A DNA stretch of 64,000 nt from an uncultured Lachnospiraceae bacterium (GCA_949878435.1 CATLAK010000012.1:17123-81122), one strand, 5' to 3'. Shown: positions 8,443-19,815, counted from the first letter of the stretch. Program-made: numbers and translations. Notes: a model not told the origin generated them from the letters alone.

Positions 8443-11400
8443 ATGAAGAAAGCAAGATTCATAAGAAAGGCGGTTGGTTTGGTACTGGCTGCCTTAATGA
8501 TACTGGAAGCGCCTTCGTGGGGTGGGCTTATAGAATTAGCTTTTGCGCATGAAGATAAAGTGGGATCGGGACGCTGCATTTATGTAGATACATCATTGAT
8601 TGGAGCGGATTCAGATGTAATGGAAAGCGGCATTGGAGCGTACTTATATGACCGTGAGGGCAATGCGTGTTCAGATGCGCCAATCCTTATGGAGAAGGTT
8701 GATGGAAAAAGAAATATCTATCAGCTTGTCCTTGACGATTATTATACATATGTAGAGTTTACGAAAGGCACTGATTTAAATACCGGTACGAAGACGGAGC
8801 GATTAGCAATTGATTGGAGCCTTGGCGCACCCTGCTATATGTTCAACAGCGAAGCACTTTCAGACGGAGGGCATTTTTATGGTCTCTATACCATTTACTT
8901 TGATTTGAATGGAGCTTCAGGAGCAAGTGCGTTTGCAGATAGTGGAGTGGGCATCTATGCGTACAATTCCTCTGATGAAGATAGTTATACAGCTGTCCCG
9001 GTGGCAATGAGAGCTTCAGATAAGGGAGACGGCGTTTATGAATATAGTTTTGACAGACCTTATGAATGTATTGCATTCATGGGGGGATATGGAAGCTGGA
9101 ATTATGAAGTGGCTACAACGCCGGTTTATATGAATTGGAATTACAGTGCACCGTGCTTCTTCCTTGGACAGGTGGATGGATTTGAGTCCACTGGGTTATG
9201 GAGAAATCTTAGGTATGTGGTTTATTTTGACGCATCTGACATTAAAGAGGATGAAGCGTTTATAGAAAATGGTGTTTACTTATATGCCTTTAATGATTCG
9301 GATGATAAACTAAGTGAAAATCCGGTTAAAATGGTTGCTTCAAGTGTAGGCGATTATATTTATGAATATACGATGGAAAGACCTTATGAAAATCTTCAAT
9401 TCTTATTAGGAGATTCCCTAGATGCAGAGGTGGCATCGGAAGTACTTACAAATGACTGGCTGGAATATGCAGAACCTTGTTATAAGATGACATTAGATAG
9501 AAAAGAGATTATAAAGGCAAGTCCTTCTGCAAGCCCGAGCATGACGCCGAGTGCAAGTCCGTCCGGCAGTCCGAGCGCATCACCTTCAGCAGATGCTTCG
9601 GCAAGCCCGTCCGGCAGTCCAAGTACGACGCCAAGTGTCACACCGAGTACGACGCCTTCCGGCAGCCCGTCCGCAAGTCCGAGTACAACGCCTGGTGCAA
9701 ATGCTTCGGCAAGTCCGTCCATAAATCCGAGCGCAACGCCAAGCAGCAAACCGAGCACAAGCCCTAGTGCCACACCGGTGGCAACGCCTTCAGCGAATCC
9801 GAGTGCAACGCCTTCGGCAGGTCCGACACAGGCACCCACAGAAATGCCGACGATTCAGCCCACAGAGGCACCGACTGTAGAGCCCACAGCAGAGCCCACC
9901 CCGGAGCAGACGCCTGAACCGGTGGCGACGCCTGAACCTGCGCCAGAGCCGGATCCGACACCGGAAGAAGGTCCTGCTGATGAAGTGAATCCGGGTTCGG
10001 AAAATGATAATAATCAGCCGGAAGAGTCAGAAGGCAGTTCAAGTGATGCATCACAGAATGATTCAGGGGAAGAATTTCCAGGGATGGAAGAAGCTCGGAT
10101 TATGAGCATAAAGGTACCTGCTGGTTATGATGATTTGACAATTGTTCAGGGCGCTTATGCGATGACTTGGGTCGGAACAGAGTTTGATTCGAGTGATAAT
10201 GAAGTTGACACGGTGGAAAATGACAATAATATAGATGATTCCCAAAATACAGAGGGTTCGGATGTAAGCGATACAGAAGAACCAGAAACGCCGGAGGATC
10301 AGCCGACGATTGACAACTCAACGACACCAGATAAACCGCCAGTAGTTCCAGATGTTCCAGTGGAGCCGACGGAAACACCAGATGAAAATCTTACACCCGA
10401 CCCCGGCGTAGATGAGAAACCTGTCTCTACGCCTGCTGTAGGAGATGGTACAGATGAGACACCAGATTCTTCTGATGACCCAGGCATGGTGGAAGCATCT
10501 CCTTCGGCTACACCAGAAGGAACAGAAGAACCGATGGTTGAGACTACCATGTCATTGCTTTCCAGCACAGGCGCTACCATTATATTGCAGCGTGCCGGCG
10601 CGTTGCCCAGTAGAACAGGAGATGTGAAAATTTTCTTTGATACATCGGGCAATGGATCATGGGATCCTACGGGAAATGCTTACGGATGGAATAAGGGAGA
10701 TTCCATGTTTGTTCACTTTTACAATGATGTAAATGGTGAAGTGCTCCCGAGCAGTAATTTGGCAAGGATGACCAAAACGGATCTTCAGGCAAAGGAAGCT
10801 GATGGAGCCATATGGGAATATACTCTTACCAAAGAGCAGGCAGAGAAATATAAGTATGTTATTTTCCAACGCTACCAAAGTGAGTGGAATAAGGAAAATC
10901 AGCAGACGATTGCAGATAAAGTTACTAATGTGATTCCTAAGGACATGTCGCGTCCGTGCTTTATGCTGATCAGTGACAACACGAACCCCGCAAAGAAAAA
11001 GGGTGTGTGGTATGATTTAGGACCTTTGACACAGAATGGTGAGGAAATATACTTTTTTGATATGACAGCCCGGTATGATGCGGAAAATGTAGAGGCGCAT
11101 TTTGCCGGAAATGGTAATACAGATGAAATAGGCAAAAAGAATCCCGCAACGGGAGGCTATATCATTCCCGGTGATACGCTTGCCGGTCCTTATTCAACGA
11201 TAGCATTTTATGATAAAACAACGGGGCTTCAAATAGGAGAGACTTACAATTTCTTTAATACCCCTGATATAGAGAAAAATGAAAAAGGATTTCTCTATCA
11301 GAAAGATGAGATGAATACTTTCTATTATGGGGTTACCGAAAAAACAGACGGGACAGCTATCAGTGTCTGGGGTGCAAGACCGTCTGATCCGGCGGTAAAT

Positions 11401-14400
11401 TTAGCAGGCAGGAAGCTATATTTTGACAAGTTATATTTTAAGGTCAGCAAAGTGACAGAAGCTTCTGTCGGAGTAAATGGAGAGAATGGCGCGGACAATA
11501 TAAATGGAATGGGTAGCATAGACGGAGTGGAAGGGCAGGCGGCAAAAGCGGGAGCCCAGTTCCAAATCGGCATTGATGCGCCTGTATTTTTAGCAGTGGA
11601 TGAAAATGATAAGAGAACATACAGCTATACTTTTGATACTGCTTCTACTGCAACCAGCCAGACGATTCTTACATATTTGGATCAGGATGGGACGAAATAT
11701 CATTTCTTTTGGGATAAATTTGACTTAGAAGAAAACGGAACGATTATCGCTGATGGAAATAATCTGGTTACTCAGGAGTATGAAGTAGCCAAGGTTTTGG
11801 GGCAATACACGAAAGGCAATACAATTTATTTTGATGCGACTTTTTCAAAGTTATCCTATAATAAATCAGATGGCGCTAAAAATGGGGGGAAAGGCATTCC
11901 GGCAAGTGACACAGAACCAGTCTACTATCTTGCCACAGGACCTGGCGTACAGACTTTATCTGACGTAATGGTTAAATCAGATAAGGAATCATGGAAAGAT
12001 GTCTGGAGGGTGGATCTGCCGGAAGGATATACTAAAATCAAATTTTTGAGTTATGCCAACGAGCAGAATCCTAATGTACAAAATGGTAATGCAGAGGCGA
12101 CGAGACTCATGGATATCCCCACAGACCTTGAAGATCCTTGCTTTTATGCAGATGACGGTGATTCTGCAATATATGATGGCGGGATGCGTGATGGGTATTG
12201 GGCAGAGGTTTATAAGACCAGAGATGCGGAGACCTATAAAGACAGGGATGTTGTAGATATCAAATCAGGAACCCTCACAAGAGAATCTGATGTTTTTTAT
12301 GTAGACTCGACTTTTTATGATTATTACTCAGATTATGAATTGAACGGTAACAATCGCGATAACTATGGAGGGAGTAATGCTTCCAATCACCGGTACTGGG
12401 TGACTTTCAGACAATTTAATCAGGCACTGAGTGATTTTTATGATGAGAATAGTGCAAGCGTGCCGATTTATACGGGACATTTTCAGTGGCCAGGATGGGG
12501 TACTTATGCATTTAATGTAATAAATGAGACCTTGAAGTTATATGGATTTGATAATCAGGACTATTTTTATTCTACAAATAACTCGGCAATTAATGCGAGC
12601 GCTGAGAAAGGTCGATATAATGCAGCTGCGCAGGGATTGGTTTCCGATACTTTGTCTGATGGAAGTGTGGTCATAAAGGGCGGTTCTGAATTGCTTCCAC
12701 ATTTTGATTCAGATTTCATTGCTGGAAACAACAGTAAAAATGCAGTGCTTGGCAAAGTGTACGAGAATGTAGCATTCCCTTTCAAGGCGATAGACAGAGA
12801 TAATAACGGCATTACATATTGGACCTTTGACAGTAAAGACACGACGCTGGCAATGAGGCAGGACTCTTCAACGGGGCAGTATTACCTGCAGGATACAGGA
12901 CATCAGGGATGGAGCAAGAATGTAAATAGTTCGGGTACAGCAGGCGGTAAGGATGGCGTTTCGACAGAGTATGGATTTTTCCCGTTCAATGAAACCAGTG
13001 CCCATGCAAGCGGCAAAAATTATAACTATGGATTTGGAACAAGGCTGGAATTTAAGTTCAGACTAACCAAGGATGGCACTGTTTTAGATAAGGACGGCAA
13101 TGCCGTTCCGATTACCTTTGAGTTTGCCGGAGATGATGATGTTTGGGTATTCATTGACGGAAAGCTTGCACTGGACGTAGGCGGGGCTCATGCGCGTGTA
13201 GTTGGAAGATTGAATTTTAGGGATAAGACAGCTTGGGTCAGTGATACGAAGACGAGTGCTGGTTCAAATTCCCACGGTGAAATGACAACGCCTTTTGAGA
13301 TGATCGGCGGTAACACAGATGAGCACACTTTGACCATGTTCTACATGGAAAGAGGTATGTGGGAGTCTAATATGGCAGTCAGCTTTAACTTCCCGGATGA
13401 AAATCAGCTGGCAGTTGAAAAGGAAGTTGATGTAAGTGGTGTGGATTCTGCATTCCAGGGATTGTTTAAGGGAGTAAGTCTTTTCTCATTCGCTATCCGT
13501 AATCAGGCAACCCATTACGGACCTCACGAGGTGGAGACCACTGCTGAAAGCATAGAAAAAGTATTTAATGACTCTTTTGCAGGTTCAATTGCTAAGGATT
13601 CTGCTGCCAATATATTTGAGGCAGTAGGAAGCTATGCCGGAAGAGACGGTGTGGTTCATTGGAAATCAAAATATGATGAGCCAAACGGAGGTTATAGGGA
13701 TTTAAGATGTGGTATTATTTATCCTGCTGGTGGAGGTGCAATGGATCTCACAGATGCCAACAGGTATTTACAGTTCAAAGTCTATTATGACAATAATGGT
13801 AATCCTGCAATTAACCACATGTACATTGAATTGGTGGACAATACAGGGCACAAGATATCACACACCTTGAACGGTATGACCTATGGAACTGTCAATATAA
13901 AGAGGCGCGAGTGGACGACGATAACCGTGGATCTGCAGAAGTTTGCAGCAGGCGCTACTTTTAACTGGGCAGGCGTGACCGCTGTCAGATTTGGTTACAA
14001 TTATGAGCGGGATATTTATTTAGATGACTTCATTTTCAAGTCAACATCAGGAGCAAGTGCGCTCACAGGATTTATAACGAAACAGTATGATATTCCGGAC
14101 TATGGTTCCGCTACATCAGGTAATCTGGAATACCCCAAGGGTGCGCTTTATACCTTGACAACAGGAGATGAAAATGTATCTTATGGTGTGATCGGGTCAG
14201 ATGGACAGTTTGCACTGGGAGATGGAGAAAACGTTCTTTTCAGAGACCAGTTCAGGCGAGGAAGTTACATTGAACTGAAAGAAATGGTAGATTCAGATGT
14301 CTTTGCAACATCGTGGACTATGTATGAAAATGGTCAGCCAGTGACCAGCATGGGAAGCGGCAGCAAAGTACAAAATGGCAGCATCAGCAACCTTACAGGT

Positions 14401-15885
14401 ATTACATCAGAAGACAATTTTGTGGATGATGGAAGAACAGAGGTTTATTCCAATTCAAATGACGGGGAGGGAGTAGCACAAGGCAACAGCGGCTACACAA
14501 GCACCCATAGACCGGCAGACAATCCAGTTTTCGTGTTCCGTTCATATGCTGATCCTGATACGGATTCCGGTATGACGAAGCTAAGAGTGTTGTATCGAAA
14601 TACAGTTAAGACAGGTACAATTACCATCCGCAAGGAACGTTCGGAGAGATCGGATGAACTGACAGGAACTTATAGATTTGATATCACATTTACCAATGTG
14701 GCAGGTATGGGGCTGGAAAGTGAGCCCATTGTCAAGACGATTACGCTTAGAGAGAATGAGGAGAGGACGATTACAGGAATTCCAATCAATACGGAATTTA
14801 CGATTAAAGAGACACCGTCCGATAAGTCATTTATCGAAGATGTGGAGGTGATATCCGGTGATATAGTTACTTTTGACCCGGAAACAAAGGCGGTGACAGG
14901 ACAGATTACTCCCGCTGGAAGCGATGTGAAGCTGACATTCGTCAATATGCTGAAACCTGTAATTTCTATTCACGTTGAGAAAATTTGGAAAAATGCAGAC
15001 GGAACGGGTGTAACGGAAGATTTATTACCTGAATATCTCGTTATCCGTTTGCAGAGAAGAGAAAAGGGGTCGAAAGGCGAATGGCAGGATGTAGTTATCA
15101 AAGGTCAGGAATCGGCAGATGTCAAGATTGGAAATAATCAGGCAAGAACTTGGGAATATGAGTTTAAGGATCTTGATAAATTTGTAGATAATAAGGCTGA
15201 TGATAAGATTTTATGGGAATATCGCGTCGTGGAAGTGAAAGAAGATGGAACCGTGGTTGCGAACGGAGGCATCTGGAGCAATAAATTCCAGGCAATTTAC
15301 TCAGATCCTGTTTTTGGGGATGAGAACTTAGGCGCTGACGCAGATGAGTCGTTTGAAAGTACGATTACCAACATCCATTTAGTTTCGCTAAAGGTTAAAA
15401 AGGTAGATGGCAGCGGTAAACCGTTAGGAGGAGTTTCCTTCCAGCTGCAGAAAAAAACGGATGATGGATGGACACCTATAGAGGTGACGGTAAATGGAGA
15501 GACGACAAATACAATCATAACGCCATCTGAGGATGAAAATCCGGTAGGAGGTGCAGGAGTCATTATCTTTGCAAATCTTCCAAGTGGTGAATATCAGTTA
15601 GTGGAAGTGGCTACGGTGCCGGGACATACACTTCTTGCAAGTCCTATACCGGTAATAATCAGTACAAATGGTGAGCTCAAATACGTAATTAATGGAAAAG
15701 AGCAGACACCGGTGGACAACACGATTGAAATTACAATCAAGAATGGTCAGAACCTTGAGATGCCTTCAACTGGAGGCAGCGGACCGATTCCGTTTACTGT
15801 AGGCGGCTTAAGTATTTGTATGTTTGCCAGCCTTATGTATATAGACAGCATGCGTAAGCGCAGGAAGGAGGGTAAAGCCTCCTGA
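8443..15885 (+). CDS. Giant pilus tip adhesin / sortase-sorted surface protein (~2480 aa)
   Basis: Start moved to ATG 8443 (AGGAG RBS, signal peptide MKKARFIRK...AFA). Repeated IYFD...PCF modules, Ser/Pro/Thr linker, fibro-slime/PA14-like GDDDVWVFIDG, pilin E-box YQLVEVATVPGH, MPSTG + TM + basic tail. Confidence 0.85.
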   Translation: MKKARFIRKAVGLVLAALMILEAPSWGGLIELAFAHEDKVGSGRCIYVDTSLIGADSDVMESGIGAYLYDREGNACSDAPILMEKVDGKRNIYQLVLDDYYTYVEFTKGTDLNTGTKTERLAIDWSLGAPCYMFNSEALSDGGHFYGLYTIYFDLNGASGASAFADSGVGIYAYNSSDEDSYTAVPVAMRASDKGDGVYEYSFDRPYECIAFMGGYGSWNYEVATTPVYMNWNYSAPCFFLGQVDGFESTGLWRNLRYVVYFDASDIKEDEAFIENGVYLYAFNDSDDKLSENPVKMVASSVGDYIYEYTMERPYENLQFLLGDSLDAEVASEVLTNDWLEYAEPCYKMTLDRKEIIKASPSASPSMTPSASPSGSPSASPSADASASPSGSPSTTPSVTPSTTPSGSPSASPSTTPGANASASPSINPSATPSSKPSTSPSATPVATPSANPSATPSAGPTQAPTEMPTIQPTEAPTVEPTAEPTPEQTPEPVATPEPAPEPDPTPEEGPADEVNPGSENDNNQPEESEGSSSDASQNDSGEEFPGMEEARIMSIKVPAGYDDLTIVQGAYAMTWVGTEFDSSDNEVDTVENDNNIDDSQNTEGSDVSDTEEPETPEDQPTIDNSTTPDKPPVVPDVPVEPTETPDENLTPDPGVDEKPVSTPAVGDGTDETPDSSDDPGMVEASPSATPEGTEEPMVETTMSLLSSTGATIILQRAGALPSRTGDVKIFFDTSGNGSWDPTGNAYGWNKGDSMFVHFYNDVNGEVLPSSNLARMTKTDLQAKEADGAIWEYTLTKEQAEKYKYVIFQRYQSEWNKENQQTIADKVTNVIPKDMSRPCFMLISDNTNPAKKKGVWYDLGPLTQNGEEIYFFDMTARYDAENVEAHFAGNGNTDEIGKKNPATGGYIIPGDTLAGPYSTIAFYDKTTGLQIGETYNFFNTPDIEKNEKGFLYQKDEMNTFYYGVTEKTDGTAISVWGARPSDPAVNLAGRKLYFDKLYFKVSKVTEASVGVNGENGADNINGMGSIDGVEGQAAKAGAQFQIGIDAPVFLAVDENDKRTYSYTFDTASTATSQTILTYLDQDGTKYHFFWDKFDLEENGTIIADGNNLVTQEYEVAKVLGQYTKGNTIYFDATFSKLSYNKSDGAKNGGKGIPASDTEPVYYLATGPGVQTLSDVMVKSDKESWKDVWRVDLPEGYTKIKFLSYANEQNPNVQNGNAEATRLMDIPTDLEDPCFYADDGDSAIYDGGMRDGYWAEVYKTRDAETYKDRDVVDIKSGTLTRESDVFYVDSTFYDYYSDYELNGNNRDNYGGSNASNHRYWVTFRQFNQALSDFYDENSASVPIYTGHFQWPGWGTYAFNVINETLKLYGFDNQDYFYSTNNSAINASAEKGRYNAAAQGLVSDTLSDGSVVIKGGSELLPHFDSDFIAGNNSKNAVLGKVYENVAFPFKAIDRDNNGITYWTFDSKDTTLAMRQDSSTGQYYLQDTGHQGWSKNVNSSGTAGGKDGVSTEYGFFPFNETSAHASGKNYNYGFGTRLEFKFRLTKDGTVLDKDGNAVPITFEFAGDDDVWVFIDGKLALDVGGAHARVVGRLNFRDKTAWVSDTKTSAGSNSHGEMTTPFEMIGGNTDEHTLTMFYMERGMWESNMAVSFNFPDENQLAVEKEVDVSGVDSAFQGLFKGVSLFSFAIRNQATHYGPHEVETTAESIEKVFNDSFAGSIAKDSAANIFEAVGSYAGRDGVVHWKSKYDEPNGGYRDLRCGIIYPAGGGAMDLTDANRYLQFKVYYDNNGNPAINHMYIELVDNTGHKISHTLNGMTYGTVNIKRREWTTITVDLQKFAAGATFNWAGVTAVRFGYNYERDIYLDDFIFKSTSGASALTGFITKQYDIPDYGSATSGNLEYPKGALYTLTTGDENVSYGVIGSDGQFALGDGENVLFRDQFRRGSYIELKEMVDSDVFATSWTMYENGQPVTSMGSGSKVQNGSISNLTGITSEDNFVDDGRTEVYSNSNDGEGVAQGNSGYTSTHRPADNPVFVFRSYADPDTDSGMTKLRVLYRNTVKTGTITIRKERSERSDELTGTYRFDITFTNVAGMGLESEPIVKTITLRENEERTITGIPINTEFTIKETPSDKSFIEDVEVISGDIVTFDPETKAVTGQITPAGSDVKLTFVNMLKPVISIHVEKIWKNADGTGVTEDLLPEYLVIRLQRREKGSKGEWQDVVIKGQESADVKIGNNQARTWEYEFKDLDKFVDNKADDKILWEYRVVEVKEDGTVVANGGIWSNKFQAIYSDPVFGDENLGADADESFESTITNIHLVSLKVKKVDGSGKPLGGVSFQLQKKTDDGWTPIEVTVNGETTNTIITPSEDENPVGGAGVIIFANLPSGEYQLVEVATVPGHTLLASPIPVIISTNGELKYVINGKEQTPVDNTIEITIKNGQNLEMPSTGGSGPIPFTVGGLSICMFASLMYIDSMRKRRKEGKAS
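9515..9965 (+). repeat. Low-complexity coding repeats (SPSA/TPSA, PTxE, PE)
   Basis: Degenerate 12-bp units encoding the Ser/Pro/Thr linker. Confidence 0.8.
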
Positions 15886-15940
15886 GGGAGAGAGAAAAAG
15901 TCAAAACAGTAAAAAATCAAAAAGAAAGGAATGAGACAAA

Positions 15941-17911
15941 ATGAAAAAATTGAAGAAGTTTTTGGCTGGAGTTTTAACTCTGGCAATGGCAATGTCCATG
16001 ATGACAATCACAGCATTTGCCGCACCAACCATTGAAGACTCAAAAGATGGCAAGGCAAGCCTGACAGTCCACAAGTATGAGTACAATGGAGCAGAAGTAA
16101 ATGATGGAACTGGTAGTGCAAACGATACCGTTCCGACTGATGCAAAGCCGTTGGCAGGAGCAGGATTTACAATTTACAAGGTAGTAGATAAAGCCGGTAT
16201 GGATGCTTACTACAGTTCGAATCCTACAAGCCTTCCTGATATCAGCACGTATGTTGAAAATGGAGCGATTAAGGCGGCTTATGCAGGCAATCAGGTGGGA
16301 AGTGAAATAGTCACCGGAGCTGATGGACTTGCAGAATTTACAAACTTGGAGTTTGGTTTTTATGTTGTAATTGAAACAACGAAACCGGCAGCGGTAACGG
16401 AAGCAGTAGCTCCGTTCCTGGTATCTGTTCCTATGACCACGGTAGATGGCAGCGAGTGGCTGTATGACGTACATGTATTTCCTAAAAATGGAACTACGTA
16501 CGGCGGAGTTACCTTGGAAAAGTCAGGAAATGATGGTACAAAATTAGCGGGAGTTACCTTTGCACTTCAGAAACAAAAAGAAGATGCTTCCGGCTGGGTT
16601 ACGATTACAAAGGCATCAGGAGCAGCAGGTGACGATACAGGAGCAGATTTGAACCTTGTTACAAATGCAGAAGGTATAATTAAAGTAGAAGGTTTGTCAC
16701 AGGGAACATACAGATTTATCGAGACATCCGTAGGAAGTAATAACAACTACATTATGGATGGTAAGACAGCATATGAATTTACTGTAACAGATAAAGGAAC
16801 CGTTATCTATAACGGCGCTGAAGCGTCAGATTCAGTAAAAATTGATATCAAGAATGAAAAGCCTGACGTTGATAAGCAAGTGACAGACAAAGATGGAAAC
16901 TTGAAGGACCCAGGCGAGGGTGCTGACTATAGTGTGGGCGATAAAATTCCTTATACTGTAACGATTAAAGTACCTGCAAATATTGTAGACCTCAAAGTTT
17001 TCAAGATTACAGATACACCGAACAATCTGAAAGATGACATGGGCACAATTAAAGTGCAATGTGATGGAACTGATGTAGCTGCAGCTGCTTATACGAAAAC
17101 AGAGGCTGGTAATGGATTCGTAATGGAATTCGTGCCTGCACAGATGGCGGCTTATGCTGGCAAAACAATTGTAGTTACATATGAAGCTACCTTATTAGAA
17201 GGCGCAGTAACCGGATCGACAGGAAATGGCAACAAGGCTACATTGGAATATTCAAACAACATTTTACCGGAGGATGATCCTGACAACCCGAATAAGGATG
17301 AAGAGCCTAAAGTAGATAAGGTTGAAGATTCAGCAACGGTATTCACCTTCAAGGTTCAGATTTTAAAGAAAGCAGACTCAGAGAACGGCACTCCTCTTAA
17401 AGATGTAGAATTTGATTTATACAGAGAAGCAAAAGCCGGAGAAACAGGCGTAACAAATGCAGGTGAACTGGGCTTACCATCCGGAAAAGACTGGGTTAAA
17501 GTAAATACCACTCCTTTGGTGACAGATGCGAACGGCGAAGTTGGTCAGTCAGGTCTTTCTAATGGAACATATTATCTGGTAGAGTTAAAGACCAACGAAG
17601 GATATAATTTGTTAAAGGCACCCGTTAAGGTTGAACTGAAGGTTCAGTACACAATAACAACTAAAGATGAATACACGACAACCGCAGATGGTCAGACAAC
17701 ATTGACAAAACATGAAGTAGAGAGGGTAGAATTTACCGGCGCAACAGATAATGCACAGGGTATCGTTGTCAGCACTGTTATCAATAAACAGGGCTTTGAA
17801 CTTCCTACCACTGGTGGTATGGGTACTTTCCTCTTCACATTTGTAGGTATCGCTATGATGGCAGCCGCAGTTATTCTTTTCTTTACATCAAAGAAAAAAG
17901 AAGCAAAGTAA
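15941..17911 (+). CDS. Major (backbone) pilin, SpaH/EbpB-like
   Basis: Signal peptide, pilin motif YDVHVFPKN, E-box YYLVELKTNEGYNLL, LPTTG + TM + KKKEAK. Confidence 0.9.
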   Translation: MKKLKKFLAGVLTLAMAMSMMTITAFAAPTIEDSKDGKASLTVHKYEYNGAEVNDGTGSANDTVPTDAKPLAGAGFTIYKVVDKAGMDAYYSSNPTSLPDISTYVENGAIKAAYAGNQVGSEIVTGADGLAEFTNLEFGFYVVIETTKPAAVTEAVAPFLVSVPMTTVDGSEWLYDVHVFPKNGTTYGGVTLEKSGNDGTKLAGVTFALQKQKEDASGWVTITKASGAAGDDTGADLNLVTNAEGIIKVEGLSQGTYRFIETSVGSNNNYIMDGKTAYEFTVTDKGTVIYNGAEASDSVKIDIKNEKPDVDKQVTDKDGNLKDPGEGADYSVGDKIPYTVTIKVPANIVDLKVFKITDTPNNLKDDMGTIKVQCDGTDVAAAAYTKTEAGNGFVMEFVPAQMAAYAGKTIVVTYEATLLEGAVTGSTGNGNKATLEYSNNILPEDDPDNPNKDEEPKVDKVEDSATVFTFKVQILKKADSENGTPLKDVEFDLYREAKAGETGVTNAGELGLPSGKDWVKVNTTPLVTDANGEVGQSGLSNGTYYLVELKTNEGYNLLKAPVKVELKVQYTITTKDEYTTTADGQTTLTKHEVERVEFTGATDNAQGIVVSTVINKQGFELPTTGGMGTFLFTFVGIAMMAAAVILFFTSKKKEAK

Positions 17912-17928
17912 TTAAGTAAGGAGCAATT

Positions 17929-18855
17929 GTGGATAAAAAGAGAGCATGGTTTATAGCAATCCTGTTTTTATCAGGATTATGCATAACTTTATATCCGTTT
18001 GTCAGTAACCTGATCGCGCAGTCAAATGCCAGCCGGGCGATTGCTGAGTATGATGAGCAGATCGCCCAGATGGATCAGGAAGATATCGATGCTGCAAGGG
18101 AGGCTGCGATGAAGTACAATGAGCAGTTGAGTAACGCAGTCACCCTCAGTATCGACCAGGAGGACGAAAGCATCAGCTATCTGGATTTGATCGATGTCGG
18201 CGAAAGCATTGGTTTTATCGATATTCCTAAAATTGATGTGTATCTGCCGATTTATAACGGTACAAGTGACGAGGTTCTGCAAAAGGGCGTAGGGCATCTT
18301 GAACAGTCTTCTTACCCCATTGGGGGGGAGAATACGCATTCGGTTCTTACCGGGCACAGAGGTCTGCCCAGCGCAGTATTGTTCACTGATCTTGACAAGC
18401 TGGAAGTAGGGGATTTATTCTACCTGCATGTACTTGACGAGATACTTGCATACCGTGTAGACCAGGTTAAGATCGTTCTTCCAGAGGAAATAGATGATTT
18501 AAAAATCGTACCAGGAGAAGACCATTGTACATTGGTGACATGTCATCCTTATGCAATCAATACGCACAGAATGCTGGTGCGCGGCATTCGGACGGAATAT
18601 ATTCCGGAAGAGGAGGAAGAACAGCATGTTACTTATAGTGAACTTCAATCAGGTACACTTACAAAGCGAATCGTGGATGTATGGCCGTGGCTGCTTGTAT
18701 CATTGGCAATCATGGCAGTAGTGGAAACAGGTATTTTCCTTCTGATTGTAAAACGTAAGAACCAGAAAAAAGAGTCAGAGGAAAAACCAAAAAAGAAAAT
18801 CAAAAACAAAGAGCGTCCCCAAAGGAAAAGCAGAAGAAAGGACAATAAGGACTGA
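17929..18855 (+). CDS. Class C (pilus) sortase
   Basis: GHRGLPSA, TLVTCHPY, HRMLVRG; N- and C-terminal TM segments. Confidence 0.92.
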   Translation: MDKKRAWFIAILFLSGLCITLYPFVSNLIAQSNASRAIAEYDEQIAQMDQEDIDAAREAAMKYNEQLSNAVTLSIDQEDESISYLDLIDVGESIGFIDIPKIDVYLPIYNGTSDEVLQKGVGHLEQSSYPIGGENTHSVLTGHRGLPSAVLFTDLDKLEVGDLFYLHVLDEILAYRVDQVKIVLPEEIDDLKIVPGEDHCTLVTCHPYAINTHRMLVRGIRTEYIPEEEEEQHVTYSELQSGTLTKRIVDVWPWLLVSLAIMAVVETGIFLLIVKRKNQKKESEEKPKKKIKNKERPQRKSRRKDNKD

Positions 18856-19799
18856 TGGGAAACGTAGAAAATGCCCGAAGGGTGATGGAGGAAGTGAAGA
18901 AGGTCATCGTCGGAAAGGATGAATGTGTCGAGAAGATCATGACAGGGATACTTGCACAGGGACATATCCTGATTGAAGATATCCCCGGGGTTGGAAAGAC
19001 CACCTTTGCACTGGCATTTGCCAAAGCGATGAACCTGAAGCAGAATCGTGTGCAGTTCACACCAGATGTGCTTCCCACAGATATCACAGGCTTTACTACG
19101 TACAATAAGAGAACAGATTCTTTTGCCTATCAGCCAGGTGCAGCAATGTGCAATCTTCTGCTGGCGGATGAGATCAACCGTACTTCACCTAAGACCCAGT
19201 CAGCTCTGCTGGAAGTGATGGAGGAAGGGAATGTGACCGTTGACGGCGTAACCAGGGAGGTACCGACTCCCTTTATTGTAATAGCAACGGAAAATCCGAT
19301 TGGTTCCGCGGGTACGCAGATGCTGCCGGAATCCCAGCTGGACAGATTCATCATCTGTATCAGCATGGGATATCCGGATATGCAGGATGAGATCAACATT
19401 ATCAAGGACAGACGGCAGGAAAACCCGCTGGACAATGTGGTCCCGGCAATCATGGCACAGGAGCTTGTCAATATGCAGAAGGAAGCTTCAGAAATCTTTG
19501 TCCATGACGAAGTGTATAAGTATATCGTAAGACTGGTGACAGCAACCAGAAAGAGTGAAATGCTGGATTTGGGGATTAGTCCCCGTGGAACCCTTGCTTT
19601 ATCCAAGATGGTACAGGCAAGGGCATATTTGCAGAAAAGAGATTATGTGATTCCGGAGGATGTGGCGGCAGTATTCCCCGATGTAGCGGTTCACAGGGTA
19701 AGGCGAAGCGCAAAGGCGAAGCTGAATCACAAGAGCGAAGCTGATGTACTGTCGCAAATTTTAAAAGATACACCCAAGCCTTCTCCTGAGAAGGGCTGA
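18855..19799 (+). CDS. MoxR-family AAA+ ATPase
   Basis: EDIPGVGKT, RVQFTPDVLPTD, LLADEINR, LPESQLDRF, SPRG. Confidence 0.93.
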   Translation: MGNVENARRVMEEVKKVIVGKDECVEKIMTGILAQGHILIEDIPGVGKTTFALAFAKAMNLKQNRVQFTPDVLPTDITGFTTYNKRTDSFAYQPGAAMCNLLLADEINRTSPKTQSALLEVMEEGNVTVDGVTREVPTPFIVIATENPIGSAGTQMLPESQLDRFIICISMGYPDMQDEINIIKDRRQENPLDNVVPAIMAQELVNMQKEASEIFVHDEVYKYIVRLVTATRKSEMLDLGISPRGTLALSKMVQARAYLQKRDYVIPEDVAAVFPDVAVHRVRRSAKAKLNHKSEADVLSQILKDTPKPSPEKG

Positions 19800-19815
19800 C
19801 CGGAGTGATAAGCGC

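Noticed and set aside
9480-10652. Gly/Val-rich antisense ORFs here and at 24797..25363
   Set aside because: They are reverse-strand shadows of Pro/Thr/Ser-rich linkers.
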